Shown piece after piece: positions 6,815-14,664 of a stretch of DNA of 34,274 nt. The notes below the pieces were generated by a model. It had not been told where the DNA came from, made no database searches, and saw nothing but the letters and a program-made list of their open reading frames with translations. The position numbers were made by a program, and so were the translations under genes. Location of the stretch: assembly GCA_035259345.1 (NCBI GenBank), contig DATFWK010000097.1, positions 1 to 34,274 on the forward strand. The letters run 5' to 3'. Source of the stretch: Miltoncostaeaceae bacterium. Lineage in GTDB: Bacteria; Actinomycetota; Thermoleophilia; Miltoncostaeales; Miltoncostaeaceae. Each line of letters begins with the position of its first letter. Position 1 is the first letter of the stretch.

Positions 6815-7609
6815 CGCGAGCCGGAGACACGGATCCAGCTGTGCGGGCGGCTCTCGGCCGTGATCGAGGGGCGCGAGGTGGTCGAGGGGCTGCCCGGCCG
6901 CCAGGGGCGGCTCCTGTTCGCGTACATGGCCGCCGACCGCGACCGTGCGCACGCACGGGACGAGCTCATCGAGGCCCTTTGGCCGGAGCGGGCCCCTGCC
7001 GCCGCCGAGTCGGCGCTGAGCGCGCTCCTCTCCGGCCTGCGCCGGGCGCTCGGGCCGGCGGCCCTCGCGGGACGCGCCGAGCTCACCCTGCGCCTCCCGC
7101 CAGGGGCCTGGATCGACCTGGAGGCGGCCGAGGAGGCCGTGCACCGGGCCGAGTCCGCGGCCGCGCAGGGCGACTGGCCACGCTGCTGGGGGCCGTCGCT
7201 GGCCGCTCACATGATCGCGCGGCGTGGGTTCATGCCGGGGTGCGACGGCGAGTGGATCGACCGGCGGCGGAGGCGGCTCGAGGAGATCCAGACGAGCGCC
7301 TTGGAGAGCTACACGGCGTGCGCGATCGGGATCGGCGGCGGCGAGCTCGCCGTCGGCGAGAAGGCGGCCCGCGAGCTCGTGGCGCTCGCGCCGTACCGCG
7401 AGCACGGGTATGCGCTCCTCATGCGCGTGCTGGCCGCGCGCGGGAACGCGGCGGAGGCGCTTCGCGTCTACGAGTCGCTGCGGGCGACGCTCCGGGACGA
7501 GCTGGGGGCCTCGCCGGGGCCGGAGCTTCGGGCCCTGCAGGCCGAGCTGCTTCGGTCCGGCAGCCTGGCCGCGCCGCCCCTCGACGGCGCGCCCACGCAC
7601 GCGAACTGA
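6809..7609 (+). CDS. SARP/AfsR-DnrI family transcriptional regulator (OmpR-type winged helix plus BTAD domain)
   Basis: The N-terminus IQLCGRLSAVIEGREV...GRQGRLLFAYMAADRDRAHARDELIEALWPE is an OmpR/SARP wHTH. The C-terminal ...ELVALAPYREHGYALLMRVLAARGNAAEALRVYESLRATLRDELGASPGPELRAL is the BTAD signature. TTG start. Confidence 0.85.
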   Translation: MAREPETRIQLCGRLSAVIEGREVVEGLPGRQGRLLFAYMAADRDRAHARDELIEALWPERAPAAAESALSALLSGLRRALGPAALAGRAELTLRLPPGAWIDLEAAEEAVHRAESAAAQGDWPRCWGPSLAAHMIARRGFMPGCDGEWIDRRRRRLEEIQTSALESYTACAIGIGGGELAVGEKAARELVALAPYREHGYALLMRVLAARGNAAEALRVYESLRATLRDELGASPGPELRALQAELLRSGSLAAPPLDGAPTHAN

Positions 7610-7622
7610 TATTACGTCGCAT

Positions 7623-7931
7623 TCATCCCGGCCCGGCCCGGCGAGCCCGAAGCGACACCACCACCCCACAGGCGGCAGCCAGCGCCCCCCACAGCGGCGC
7701 GAGGCCGTAGACCAGCAGCACGCCCCATCCGAAGAGCCCCGCCGCGAGCGCCGCCGCGCCGGCGGCCCGCCGCGGCGGAGCGACGCACGCCGCGGCCGTC
7801 ACCGCGCCCACGAGCCACAGCACGAGCGCCGACGCCAGGAGCACCACGAACGCGCCCGGGATGCCGAGCAGCGGCACGGCCAGCGCCCCGGCGATCCCGG
7901 CGACGGCGAGCACGATCCCGGCCGCCCTCAC
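7623..7931 (-). CDS. Small hydrophobic membrane protein (102 aa, about 3 TM), function unknown
   Basis: VRAAGIVLAVAGIAGALAVPLLGIPGAFVVLLASALVLWLVGAVTAAA...LAAGLFGWGVLLVYGLAPLWGALAAACGVVV. Its GTG (7929-7931) overlaps the TGA (7928-7930) of the upstream phosphoesterase gene. The 361-aa track ORF is an extension antisense-frame to that gene. Confidence 0.55.
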   Translation of the reverse strand: MRAAGIVLAVAGIAGALAVPLLGIPGAFVVLLASALVLWLVGAVTAAACVAPPRRAAGAAALAAGLFGWGVLLVYGLAPLWGALAAACGVVVSLRARRAGPG

Positions 7932-9037
7932 CGGCGGACCACGACGCGGTCGCGCACGCGGCCGGCCGAGTCGATGAAGGCCATCGCGACCCGCCCGGGC
8001 CGGTCGTCGACCCGCAGCGCGCCGAACACGGCGAGCGACGCGGCCGCCCCGGCCGAGCGCGGCGTCAGCGTCTCGTCGCCGCTCCGCGGCGCGCCGCCGG
8101 TGCCGACGACCATCACGGGCACGCCGTCCACGACCTGTCGCTCGTATCGGTGGTTGTGGCCGGCGAAGACCGCGGTGAGGCGCCCCGCGGCGGCCGCCAG
8201 GACCGGGTTGCCGTGCGCGGGCGCCCGGTGCACGACGACGTAGACGTGGCGCGCGCCCGGCCGGGCGAGCGCGGACCGGACCACCGGCACGTCCGCCCGG
8301 TCGGCCTCGAGGCCGAGGACGACGAAGCGAAGCGGCCCGTAGTCCCACACGTAGCGGCCGCCCCCGTTCGGCAGGCCGAGCGCGCGGGCGACGTCGCGCC
8401 CGCCGCGGAACGCGAGGTCGTGCTCGCCGAGCGTGGAGATGAACGGGCCCTGCGCCAGCAGCGGGCGCATCGGCGCGAAGATGTTGTGGTCGAAGAGCGG
8501 CGGCGCCGCGGCCAGGTACGAGTTGTCGCCCGGCACGACCGTGAACGCCGGCTGCTGGGCCGCGGCCACGCGGGCGACGGCGCGCTCGTCCTCGCCCCCC
8601 GCGCCGTAGTCGCCGAAGGCCGTGAAGCGAATCGCGGCCCGCGGATCGGTGGGCGCGGTCGTGACCGCGCCGAACGCGCGCGCCTGCCCGTCGACCACCG
8701 CGACCCATCCCTGGCGGGCGCCCGGGGCGAGCCCGGTCAGGCGGCCGTCGGCGCTCGTCACGGTGCGCCCGTCCGGCGTCGTGGCCACGATCGCCACGCG
8801 CGGCCGGCCCTCCACGCGCCAGCGCAGCGTGGCGGTGGTGGTGCCGACCTGGACCAGGTACGGCCCGCGGGTGAAGGGATCCGGCTTCGTGGGCAGGACG
8901 TACCGCACCCAGTAGACGACGACCACGCCGACGAAGACCGCCATGACCGCCGCGACGGCCGCCGTCGCGATCAGCGCGCGGCGAAGCCGGCGCTCGTTCG
9001 GTGCGAGCGGCGGGTCCGCCGGCGTCGGCTCATGCAC
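7928..9037 (-). CDS. Membrane-anchored metallophosphoesterase, purple-acid-phosphatase-like
   Basis: N-terminal TM segment (LIATAAVAAVMAVFVGVVVVYWV). PAP-type N-terminal domain (GPYLVQVGTTTATLRWRV). Calcineurin-fold motifs FTAFGDYG, VVPGDNSY, TLGEHD, VVVHRAP and GHNHRYER. GTG 9037 is chosen as start because the longer track ORF runs into the divergent promoter. Confidence 0.8.
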   Translation of the reverse strand: MHEPTPADPPLAPNERRLRRALIATAAVAAVMAVFVGVVVVYWVRYVLPTKPDPFTRGPYLVQVGTTTATLRWRVEGRPRVAIVATTPDGRTVTSADGRLTGLAPGARQGWVAVVDGQARAFGAVTTAPTDPRAAIRFTAFGDYGAGGEDERAVARVAAAQQPAFTVVPGDNSYLAAAPPLFDHNIFAPMRPLLAQGPFISTLGEHDLAFRGGRDVARALGLPNGGGRYVWDYGPLRFVVLGLEADRADVPVVRSALARPGARHVYVVVHRAPAHGNPVLAAAAGRLTAVFAGHNHRYERQVVDGVPVMVVGTGGAPRSGDETLTPRSAGAAASLAVFGALRVDDRPGRVAMAFIDSAGRVRDRVVVRR

Positions 9038-9169
9038 TCCACGAAGACTGGCCGTCCGCGCGCCGTACCGCCAGGCGGCGGGGTCGACACGGGCCCCTCG
9101 TATCAGGGCCGGCACGCCGCCCTCTGTCTCTGAGCCGGCCTGTCGGCCGGCCTCCCACGAGCCAAGGAG

Positions 9170-10087
9170 ATGACCATGGCGACCATTGACCCCCGGCACG
9201 ACCTCCTCGACCTGAGCGGCCGGACGGCGATCGTGACCGGCGCCTCGTCCGGGCTCGGCACGGTCTTCGCCGAGGCCCTCGCCGCGGCAGGTGCGCACGT
9301 CGTGCTGGCGGCGCGGCGCCTCGAGCGCCTGGAGGACCTGGCGCACCGGCTGGAGGCCGCCGGTGCCGAGGCGCTCCCAGTGCGTTGCGATGTGACCGAC
9401 CCCGACGACGTCGCCGGGCTCGTGGCGGCCGCCGTGGATCGCTTCGGGCGCGTCGACGTGATGGTCGCGAACGCCGGGACGGCGGCCGATGCCGGGCCGA
9501 TGGCCGAGCGCCTGCCGCACGAGCGGTTCGAGGCGACCGTTCGCGTGAACCTGCTCGGCAGCTGGTACTGCTGCCGCGAGGCCGGCGCACGGATGCTCGC
9601 GGCAGGCTCAGGCTCCATCATCACCGTGTCGTCGGTCGCCGGGCTCGGCGCCGTGCCGTTCTTCCCGCCGGCCTACCAGGCGACCAAGGCCGCGTTGCTC
9701 AACCTCACGCGCAATCTCGCGGTCTCCTGGGCCGACCGCGGCGTGCGCGTGAACGCGCTGGCGCCCGGCTGGTTCCCCAGCGAGATGGCCAGCCCCTTCA
9801 TCGAGGCGCCGGTCTACGGCGACCGGATCGCGAGCACGCTCCCGTGCGACCGGGTCGGCGATCCGTCCGAGCTCGTCGGACCGCTCCTCTTCCTCGCGTC
9901 GGACGCATCGAGCTACGTCACCGGCCACACGCTGGTCGTGGACGGCGGCCTGTCCGCCTCGGTCGGCCACGCCCGGTACGACGACTCCCTCTTCGCCTTC
10001 CACGCGGCGGTCGCCCCGGATGGGCTCGGCGAGCGGGTGATGCCGGCCTCGCCGGCGGCCGCGGCTGCCGGCCCGACCTCGCGCTAG
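9170..10087 (+). CDS. SDR-family oxidoreductase (short-chain dehydrogenase/reductase)
   Basis: TGxxxGxG (AIVTGASSGLGTVFA), NAG (VANAG) and the catalytic S...YxxxK (SSVAG...YQATKAAL). AAGGAG abuts ATG 9170, so the second ATG at 9176 (6-nt spacing) may be the real start. Confidence 0.85.
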   Translation: MTMATIDPRHDLLDLSGRTAIVTGASSGLGTVFAEALAAAGAHVVLAARRLERLEDLAHRLEAAGAEALPVRCDVTDPDDVAGLVAAAVDRFGRVDVMVANAGTAADAGPMAERLPHERFEATVRVNLLGSWYCCREAGARMLAAGSGSIITVSSVAGLGAVPFFPPAYQATKAALLNLTRNLAVSWADRGVRVNALAPGWFPSEMASPFIEAPVYGDRIASTLPCDRVGDPSELVGPLLFLASDASSYVTGHTLVVDGGLSASVGHARYDDSLFAFHAAVAPDGLGERVMPASPAAAAAGPTSR

Positions 10088-11197
10088 CTAGCCCGCTGAC
10101 GCGGCCAGCGCCCCCTCCTCCACGGCGGAGAGGGGGCGCGGCCCGGGGCCGATGTAGCGGGCGCTCGGGCGGATGAGCCGGCCGGTGCGCTTCTGCTCCA
10201 GGACGTGGGCCGACCAGCCGGCCGTCCGCGAGCAGGCGAACAGCGCGGGCGCGACGCCGGGCGGCACGCCGGCCGCGTCGAGCACGATCGCCGACCAGAA
10301 CTCCACGTTGGTCGCCAGCACCCGGTCCGGCTTGCGCCGCCTGAGCGCGGCCAGGGCGACGTCCTCGAGGGCGACCGCTGCCTCGTAGCGTGGCGCGCCG
10401 ATCTCCCGCGCCGTCCGCCGCAGGAGCCGCGCGCGGGGGTCCTCGGCCCGGTAGACGCGATGGCCGAAGCCCATGAGTCGCTCCCCGCGGTCGAGGGCGT
10501 CCTCGACGTAGCCCGCGACGCTGGGCGCGGCCGTGGCGGCGTCGAGCATCGGCAGCACGCGCGCCGGCGCACCGCCGTGCAGCGGGCCGGAGAGCGCGCC
10601 CGCCGCCGCCGAGAGGCACGCCGCGCAGTCCGCGCCGGTCGACGCGACGATGCGCGCGGTGAACGTCGAGGCGTTCAGGCCGTGCTCGGCCGTGCAGGTC
10701 CAGTAGGCGTCGATCGCGCGGACGGCGCGCGGATCCGCCGCTCCGCGCCACTCGAGGAGCAGCCGCTCGGCCAGGGTTGTCCCCCGCGCCGCGCCCGCTA
10801 CCTCGAGCGCCGGCAGTCCCTCGGCGGCCCGCGCCGCCTGGGCCGTCAGCGACACCATGGCCGCCGACACCCGCGCGAGGTCGTCCCTGGCCTCCACGTC
10901 CGAGATGTCGATCAGCTTCCCGAGCCCCCAGCGGCCGCCCAGCGCGGCGGTCGCGCCCTGGAGGTCGGCCAGCACGTCGCCGGTGGGCGCGGCCAGCGTG
11001 ACCGCCGGGGCCTGCGTGAGGCCCGGCTGCGGCGAGCCGTCGACCAGGATGCCCCACACCCGCTCGAACGGGAGCGCCCCCGCGAGCTCCTCGATGTCGA
11101 TGCCGCGGTAGCGGAGCGCCCCGCCCTCGCGGTCCGGCTCGGCGATCTCCGTCTCGACCGCGACAACGCCCTCAAGACCCGGATGGAACTCGCTCAT
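10088..11197 (-). CDS. Citrate synthase family enzyme (citrate or 2-methylcitrate synthase, about 370-aa type)
   Basis: HPGLEGVVAVETEIAEPDREGGALRYRGIDIEEL, GPLHGGAPARV, GFGHRVYRAEDPRA and TAGWSAHVLEQ are canonical citrate-synthase signatures. Its stop codon directly abuts the SDR stop codon. Confidence 0.88.
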   Translation of the reverse strand: MSEFHPGLEGVVAVETEIAEPDREGGALRYRGIDIEELAGALPFERVWGILVDGSPQPGLTQAPAVTLAAPTGDVLADLQGATAALGGRWGLGKLIDISDVEARDDLARVSAAMVSLTAQAARAAEGLPALEVAGAARGTTLAERLLLEWRGAADPRAVRAIDAYWTCTAEHGLNASTFTARIVASTGADCAACLSAAAGALSGPLHGGAPARVLPMLDAATAAPSVAGYVEDALDRGERLMGFGHRVYRAEDPRARLLRRTAREIGAPRYEAAVALEDVALAALRRRKPDRVLATNVEFWSAIVLDAAGVPPGVAPALFACSRTAGWSAHVLEQKRTGRLIRPSARYIGPGPRPLSAVEEGALAASAG

Positions 11198-11257
11198 CTC
11201 CGCCTCCCTCGCTCGGTGGGCCGGCTGTGTGCCCTGTGACCTCAGGGTAGGCTGGCT

Positions 11258-11295
11258 GCCTTATATCGTCAATGTTGATTGGATACGATCAAGTC
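11258..11295. promoter_or_regulatory. AT-rich island with short inverted repeat between the divergent citrate synthase genes (candidate promoter/operator)
   Basis: CCTTATATCGTCAATGTTGATTGGATACGATCAAGTC is far more AT-rich than its surroundings. It contains a TATAT element, the inverted repeat ATCG-t-CAAT gttg ATTG-gata-CGAT, and the near-repeat CGTCAA/CGATCAA. Confidence 0.35.
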
Positions 11296-12492
11296 ATGAC
11301 CGACGGACCACTGCTCACCGCCGACCAGGCCGCGAAGCTCCTGGGCGTCTCCCGGCAGACCCTGTACGCGTATGTCAGCCGCGGGCTCGTGGACTCGCTG
11401 CCGGGGCCCGGGCCGTCGCGTGCCCGCCGCTATCCACGCGCGTCGCTCGAGGCGCTCCGCGCCCATCGGGCGGCGCCGCGCGCCGAGACGGCCGCCCGCG
11501 AGGCGATCCACTGGGGCGCGCCGGTGCTCGAGTCGTCCCTCACGCTCATCGAGGACGGCCGCTGCCTCTACCGGGGGCGCGACGTCGTGGCGCTCGCCCA
11601 GGAGGCCGAGCTCGAGGAGGTCGCCGCGCTGCTCTGGACCGGCGACCCCGGCGGGCTGGCCGGGCTCGGGGGCCTTCCGGCCGGCCGCGCCCGCACCGCA
11701 GGGCCGGTGGCCGTGCGTCTCGAGGAGCACCTCGCCGCGGCGGCCCACAACGGCGTCGCCCCGCCCCCGGGCGCCCCGACGCTCCGTGCGGCGGCGGGGC
11801 TCGTCGCCGGCATGTTCGCCGCGGCCGGCGCGGGCGGCGGCGGGCCCCTCGCCGCGCGCCTCGCCCGCGCCTGGCGGGCCGGCGCGGCCGCAGACGACCT
11901 GCGGGCCGCGCTGGTCCTCTGCGCGGACCACGAGCTCAACGTCAGCGCGTTCACGGCGCGGGTCGTCGCCTCCGCCGGCGCGCGCCTCGAGCACGCGCTC
12001 CTCGCCGCGCTCGCTGCGCTGCAGGGCCGCCGCCACGGCGGAGCGTCGGCCGCCGTGCGGCGCATGCTCGCCGACGCCGGCCGGGACGGCCCCCGAGCGG
12101 CCATCGAGCGCGCGATCGACGAGCTCGGGGCGGTCCCCGGCTTCGGCCACCCCCTCTACCCCGCCGGGGACCCGCGCGGCGCCGAGCTCCTCCGCCGCGC
12201 CCGCGCCGCAGGCCGGGCGCGCCTCGGTGGCGTCGAGGAGCTGGTCGGTGCCTGCGCGGCCCTCGGCCTGGCCCCTGACCTCGACCTAGGGCTGGTCGCG
12301 CTGGCCACAGCGCGGCGCCTGCCCGCGGACGCCCCGTTCGCGATCTTCGCCCTCGGCCGCTCCGTGGGATGGGTGGCCCACGCGCTCGAGACCATGGCCG
12401 ACGGGCGCATCATCCGGCCCCGCGCCCGCTACGTCGGGCCGCGCCCGGCCGTCGCTACACTCGGCGCGGTCCAGCCCACCCGGCGGAGGTAG
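11296..12492 (+). CDS. Fusion protein: N-terminal excisionase/MerR-type HTH (HTH_17-like) plus citrate-synthase-like domain
   Basis: The N-terminus MTDGPLLTADQAAKLLGVSRQTLYAYVSRG is a helix-turn-helix. The remainder is paralogous to citrate synthase (LQGRRHGGAS, GFGHPLYPAGDPRG, SVGWVAHALE). The track start at ATG 11272 adds 8 codons with atypically low GC3, so ATG 11296 is preferred. Confidence 0.8.
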   Translation: MTDGPLLTADQAAKLLGVSRQTLYAYVSRGLVDSLPGPGPSRARRYPRASLEALRAHRAAPRAETAAREAIHWGAPVLESSLTLIEDGRCLYRGRDVVALAQEAELEEVAALLWTGDPGGLAGLGGLPAGRARTAGPVAVRLEEHLAAAAHNGVAPPPGAPTLRAAAGLVAGMFAAAGAGGGGPLAARLARAWRAGAAADDLRAALVLCADHELNVSAFTARVVASAGARLEHALLAALAALQGRRHGGASAAVRRMLADAGRDGPRAAIERAIDELGAVPGFGHPLYPAGDPRGAELLRRARAAGRARLGGVEELVGACAALGLAPDLDLGLVALATARRLPADAPFAIFALGRSVGWVAHALETMADGRIIRPRARYVGPRPAVATLGAVQPTRRR

Positions 12493-12572
12493 CGGTGTCC
12501 ACACGAGCAGGCCGGCCGGGGCGCGACGGCGCCGTGCACGGGGTGATCGAGTCCCCCGAGGTGCGGGTGCCG

Positions 12573-12998
12573 ATGAGCCCGAGCAAGCGCATCGTGATGA
12601 TCGCCCACGACAACCGGAAGGACGACCTGCTGGCCTGGGCGCGGTTCAACCGCGGCACCCTCCAGCACCACGAGCTCTACGCGACCGGCACCACCGGCGC
12701 GCTGCTCTCGCGCGAGCTGGAGCTGCCCGTGCACCGCTTCCTGAGCGGCCCGCTGGGCGGCGACCAGCAGGTGGGCGCCGGGCTCGCGGAGGGGCGCATC
12801 GACATCGTGATCTTCTTCTGGGACCCGCTCCAGCCCCAGCCGCACGACGTCGACGTCAAGGCCCTGCTCCGCATCGCGGTCGTCTGCAACTGCCCCATCG
12901 CCTGCAACCGCGCGACCGCCGACTTCCTGCTCTCGAGCCCGCTGATGAGCTCGAGCTACGAGCGGCTCGTCTCCGTCGAGGAGCGCTTCCCCTCGTAG
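12573..12998 (+). CDS. mgsA: Methylglyoxal synthase
   Basis: KRIVMIAHDNRKDDLLAWA...HELYATGTTGALL...SGPLGGDQQVGA...IDIVIFFWDPL.PQPHDVDVKALLRIA is the MgsA signature. ATG 12573 has GAGGTG 9 nt upstream. The track ORF start at 12369 is an unsupported extension. Confidence 0.92.
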   Translation: MSPSKRIVMIAHDNRKDDLLAWARFNRGTLQHHELYATGTTGALLSRELELPVHRFLSGPLGGDQQVGAGLAEGRIDIVIFFWDPLQPQPHDVDVKALLRIAVVCNCPIACNRATADFLLSSPLMSSSYERLVSVEERFPS

Positions 12999-13044
12999 CC
13001 GGCGGCCGCTGGAACGCCAGGACGGCATGGCGGACTGAATCGCC

Positions 13045-14403
13045 ATGTCCTCGGACCCGGCTACGCATGCGCACGATCGGGCCGGCGGCGGGCGTCGGAC
13101 ACACCGGGGTATCGTCACCTCAGTGATCGCCCGGCTCCGCAGCCTGCACTACGCCTGGGTGGTGGCGGGCGTCACGTTCCTGGCGCTCCTCGCGGCGGCG
13201 GGCTTCCGGTCGACGGTCGGGGTGTTCGTCGTGCCCCTGCAGGACGAGTTCGGCTGGGGGCGCGACCAGGTGTCGCTCGCGATCTCGATCAACCTGCTCT
13301 GCTACGGGCTGGTGGCGCCGTTCGCCGCGGCGCTCGTCGAGCGGCTCGGCACGCGCCGCGTCATGGCCGGCGCCCTGGTCGCGATTGCCGCCGGGTCCGC
13401 GCTCACCGTGCTCATGAACGCCCTCTGGCAGCTGGACGTGCTCTGGGGCGTGGTGATCGGCCTCGCGACCGGGAGCGTCTCGATCCCGCTCTCCGCGATC
13501 GTCGCCACCCGCTGGTTCGTCCGCCACCGCGGCCTGGTCACCGGGCTCATGGCGGCGAGCTTCGCCACGGGGAACCTGATCTTCCTGCCGCTGCTCGCGT
13601 GGATCACGGACACCCACGGCTGGCGCTGGGCCGCCGCGCTGGTGGCCGTCGTGGCGACGGCGATCGTGCCCGTCGCGCTCCTGCTCATGCGCGAGCGGCC
13701 CGAGGACGTGGGCCTGCTCCCGCTCGGCGCCACCGAGCCGACCCCGCCCCCGCCGCCGCCGACGGAGAACCCGTTCAAGCGGCCGATCACCGTGCTGCGG
13801 GAGGCCGCCCACGTCCGTGACTTCTGGCTCCTCGCCGGCACGTTCTTCGTCTGCGGCTGGACGACCAACGGCGCCGTCCAGTCCCACTTCATCCCCGCCG
13901 CGCACGACCACCACATCCCAGAGGTGACCGCCGCGAGCCTGCTCGCGCTCATCGGCCTGTTCGACATCGTGGGCAGCACGACCTCCGGCTGGCTCACGGA
14001 CCGCGCCGACCCGCGCCGGCTCCTGTTCGCCTACTACAGCCTCCGTGGCATCTCCCTGGCCTTCCTCCCCTACCTGCTGAGCGCGCCGCGCGGCACGCTC
14101 GTCGCGTTCGCGGTCCTCTACGGCCTGGACTGGGTCGCCACGGTGCCGCCGACGGTCGCGCTCACGAACGCTGTGTTCGGCCGCGACAAGGCCGGCGTCG
14201 TCTTCGGGTGGATCTTCGCCTCGCACATGGTCGGGGGCGCGGCGGCCGCCTACGTGGCCGGGGCCGCGCGGACCACGTTCGGCAACTACGTGATCGCGTT
14301 CGTCGGAGGCGGCATCCTCGCCGTCGCCGCCGGCTTCGCCTCGCTCACGATCGCGCGCGGCTCCCGCCGCATCGTCCCGCCGGCGGTGCCGGAGCCCGCC
14401 TGA
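13045..14403 (+). CDS. MFS transporter (12-TM type)
   Basis: Alternating hydrophobic helices throughout, an MFS-like loop after TM2 (LVERLGTRRVMAG), and a central hydrophilic loop (MRERPEDVGLLPLGATEPTPPPPPP). ATG 13045 sits in the 3' arm of a hairpin (CATGGCG 13026-13032 / CGCCATG 13041-13047). GTG 13123 is an alternative start. Confidence 0.8.
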   Translation: MSSDPATHAHDRAGGGRRTHRGIVTSVIARLRSLHYAWVVAGVTFLALLAAAGFRSTVGVFVVPLQDEFGWGRDQVSLAISINLLCYGLVAPFAAALVERLGTRRVMAGALVAIAAGSALTVLMNALWQLDVLWGVVIGLATGSVSIPLSAIVATRWFVRHRGLVTGLMAASFATGNLIFLPLLAWITDTHGWRWAAALVAVVATAIVPVALLLMRERPEDVGLLPLGATEPTPPPPPPTENPFKRPITVLREAAHVRDFWLLAGTFFVCGWTTNGAVQSHFIPAAHDHHIPEVTAASLLALIGLFDIVGSTTSGWLTDRADPRRLLFAYYSLRGISLAFLPYLLSAPRGTLVAFAVLYGLDWVATVPPTVALTNAVFGRDKAGVVFGWIFASHMVGGAAAAYVAGAARTTFGNYVIAFVGGGILAVAAGFASLTIARGSRRIVPPAVPEPA

Positions 14404-14458
14404 GGGGTATGAGAGGATCGCCGGGCTCGCGGCGGGACCTGACGCAAGGAGGAACGGA

Positions 14459-14602
14459 ATGAGGGGCGGGATCAGCCTCGGCGGCATCCTCGTGATCGTC
14501 GGCATCATCATCGCGATCGTCTGGAGCTTCTGGATCGGGCTCATCGTGGCGCTCGTGGGGCTCGTCGCCTTCGGTGGCTTCGTCAAGGGCAAGTGGTACT
14601 GA
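14459..14602 (+). CDS. Unlisted small hydrophobic protein (47 aa, two short TM segments)
   Basis: MRGGISLGGILVIVGIIIAIVWSFWIGLIVALVGLVAFGGFVKGKWY. A consensus AAGGAGG (14446-14452) lies 6 nt before the ATG, the strongest SD in the window. GC3 is high, as in real genes. It is below the ORF-track size cutoff and is followed by a GC hairpin. Confidence 0.6.
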   Translation: MRGGISLGGILVIVGIIIAIVWSFWIGLIVALVGLVAFGGFVKGKWY

Positions 14603-14623
14603 CGCTGCTCGCCGCCTGATCCC

Positions 14624-14650
14624 GCCACGGCGGCCCCGGCCGCGCGTGGC
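14624..14650 (+). terminator. GC-rich hairpin downstream of the sORF (possible terminator/attenuator)
   Basis: GCCACG-GCGGCC-cc-GGCCGC-g-CGTGGC forms 12 paired positions with one bulge, 22 nt after the sORF stop. It is followed by ..CCATTTC and the ATG of the next gene. There is no proper U-tract. Confidence 0.3.
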
Positions 14651-14664
14651 GTAGCCTCCATTTC

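Noticed and set aside
10084-10091. Palindrome CTAGCTAG formed by the back-to-back stop codons of the SDR gene (TAG) and the citrate synthase gene (CTA)
   Set aside because: It is a trivial consequence of two convergent genes abutting with TAG stops. It is too short to be a meaningful hairpin or restriction-related signal.
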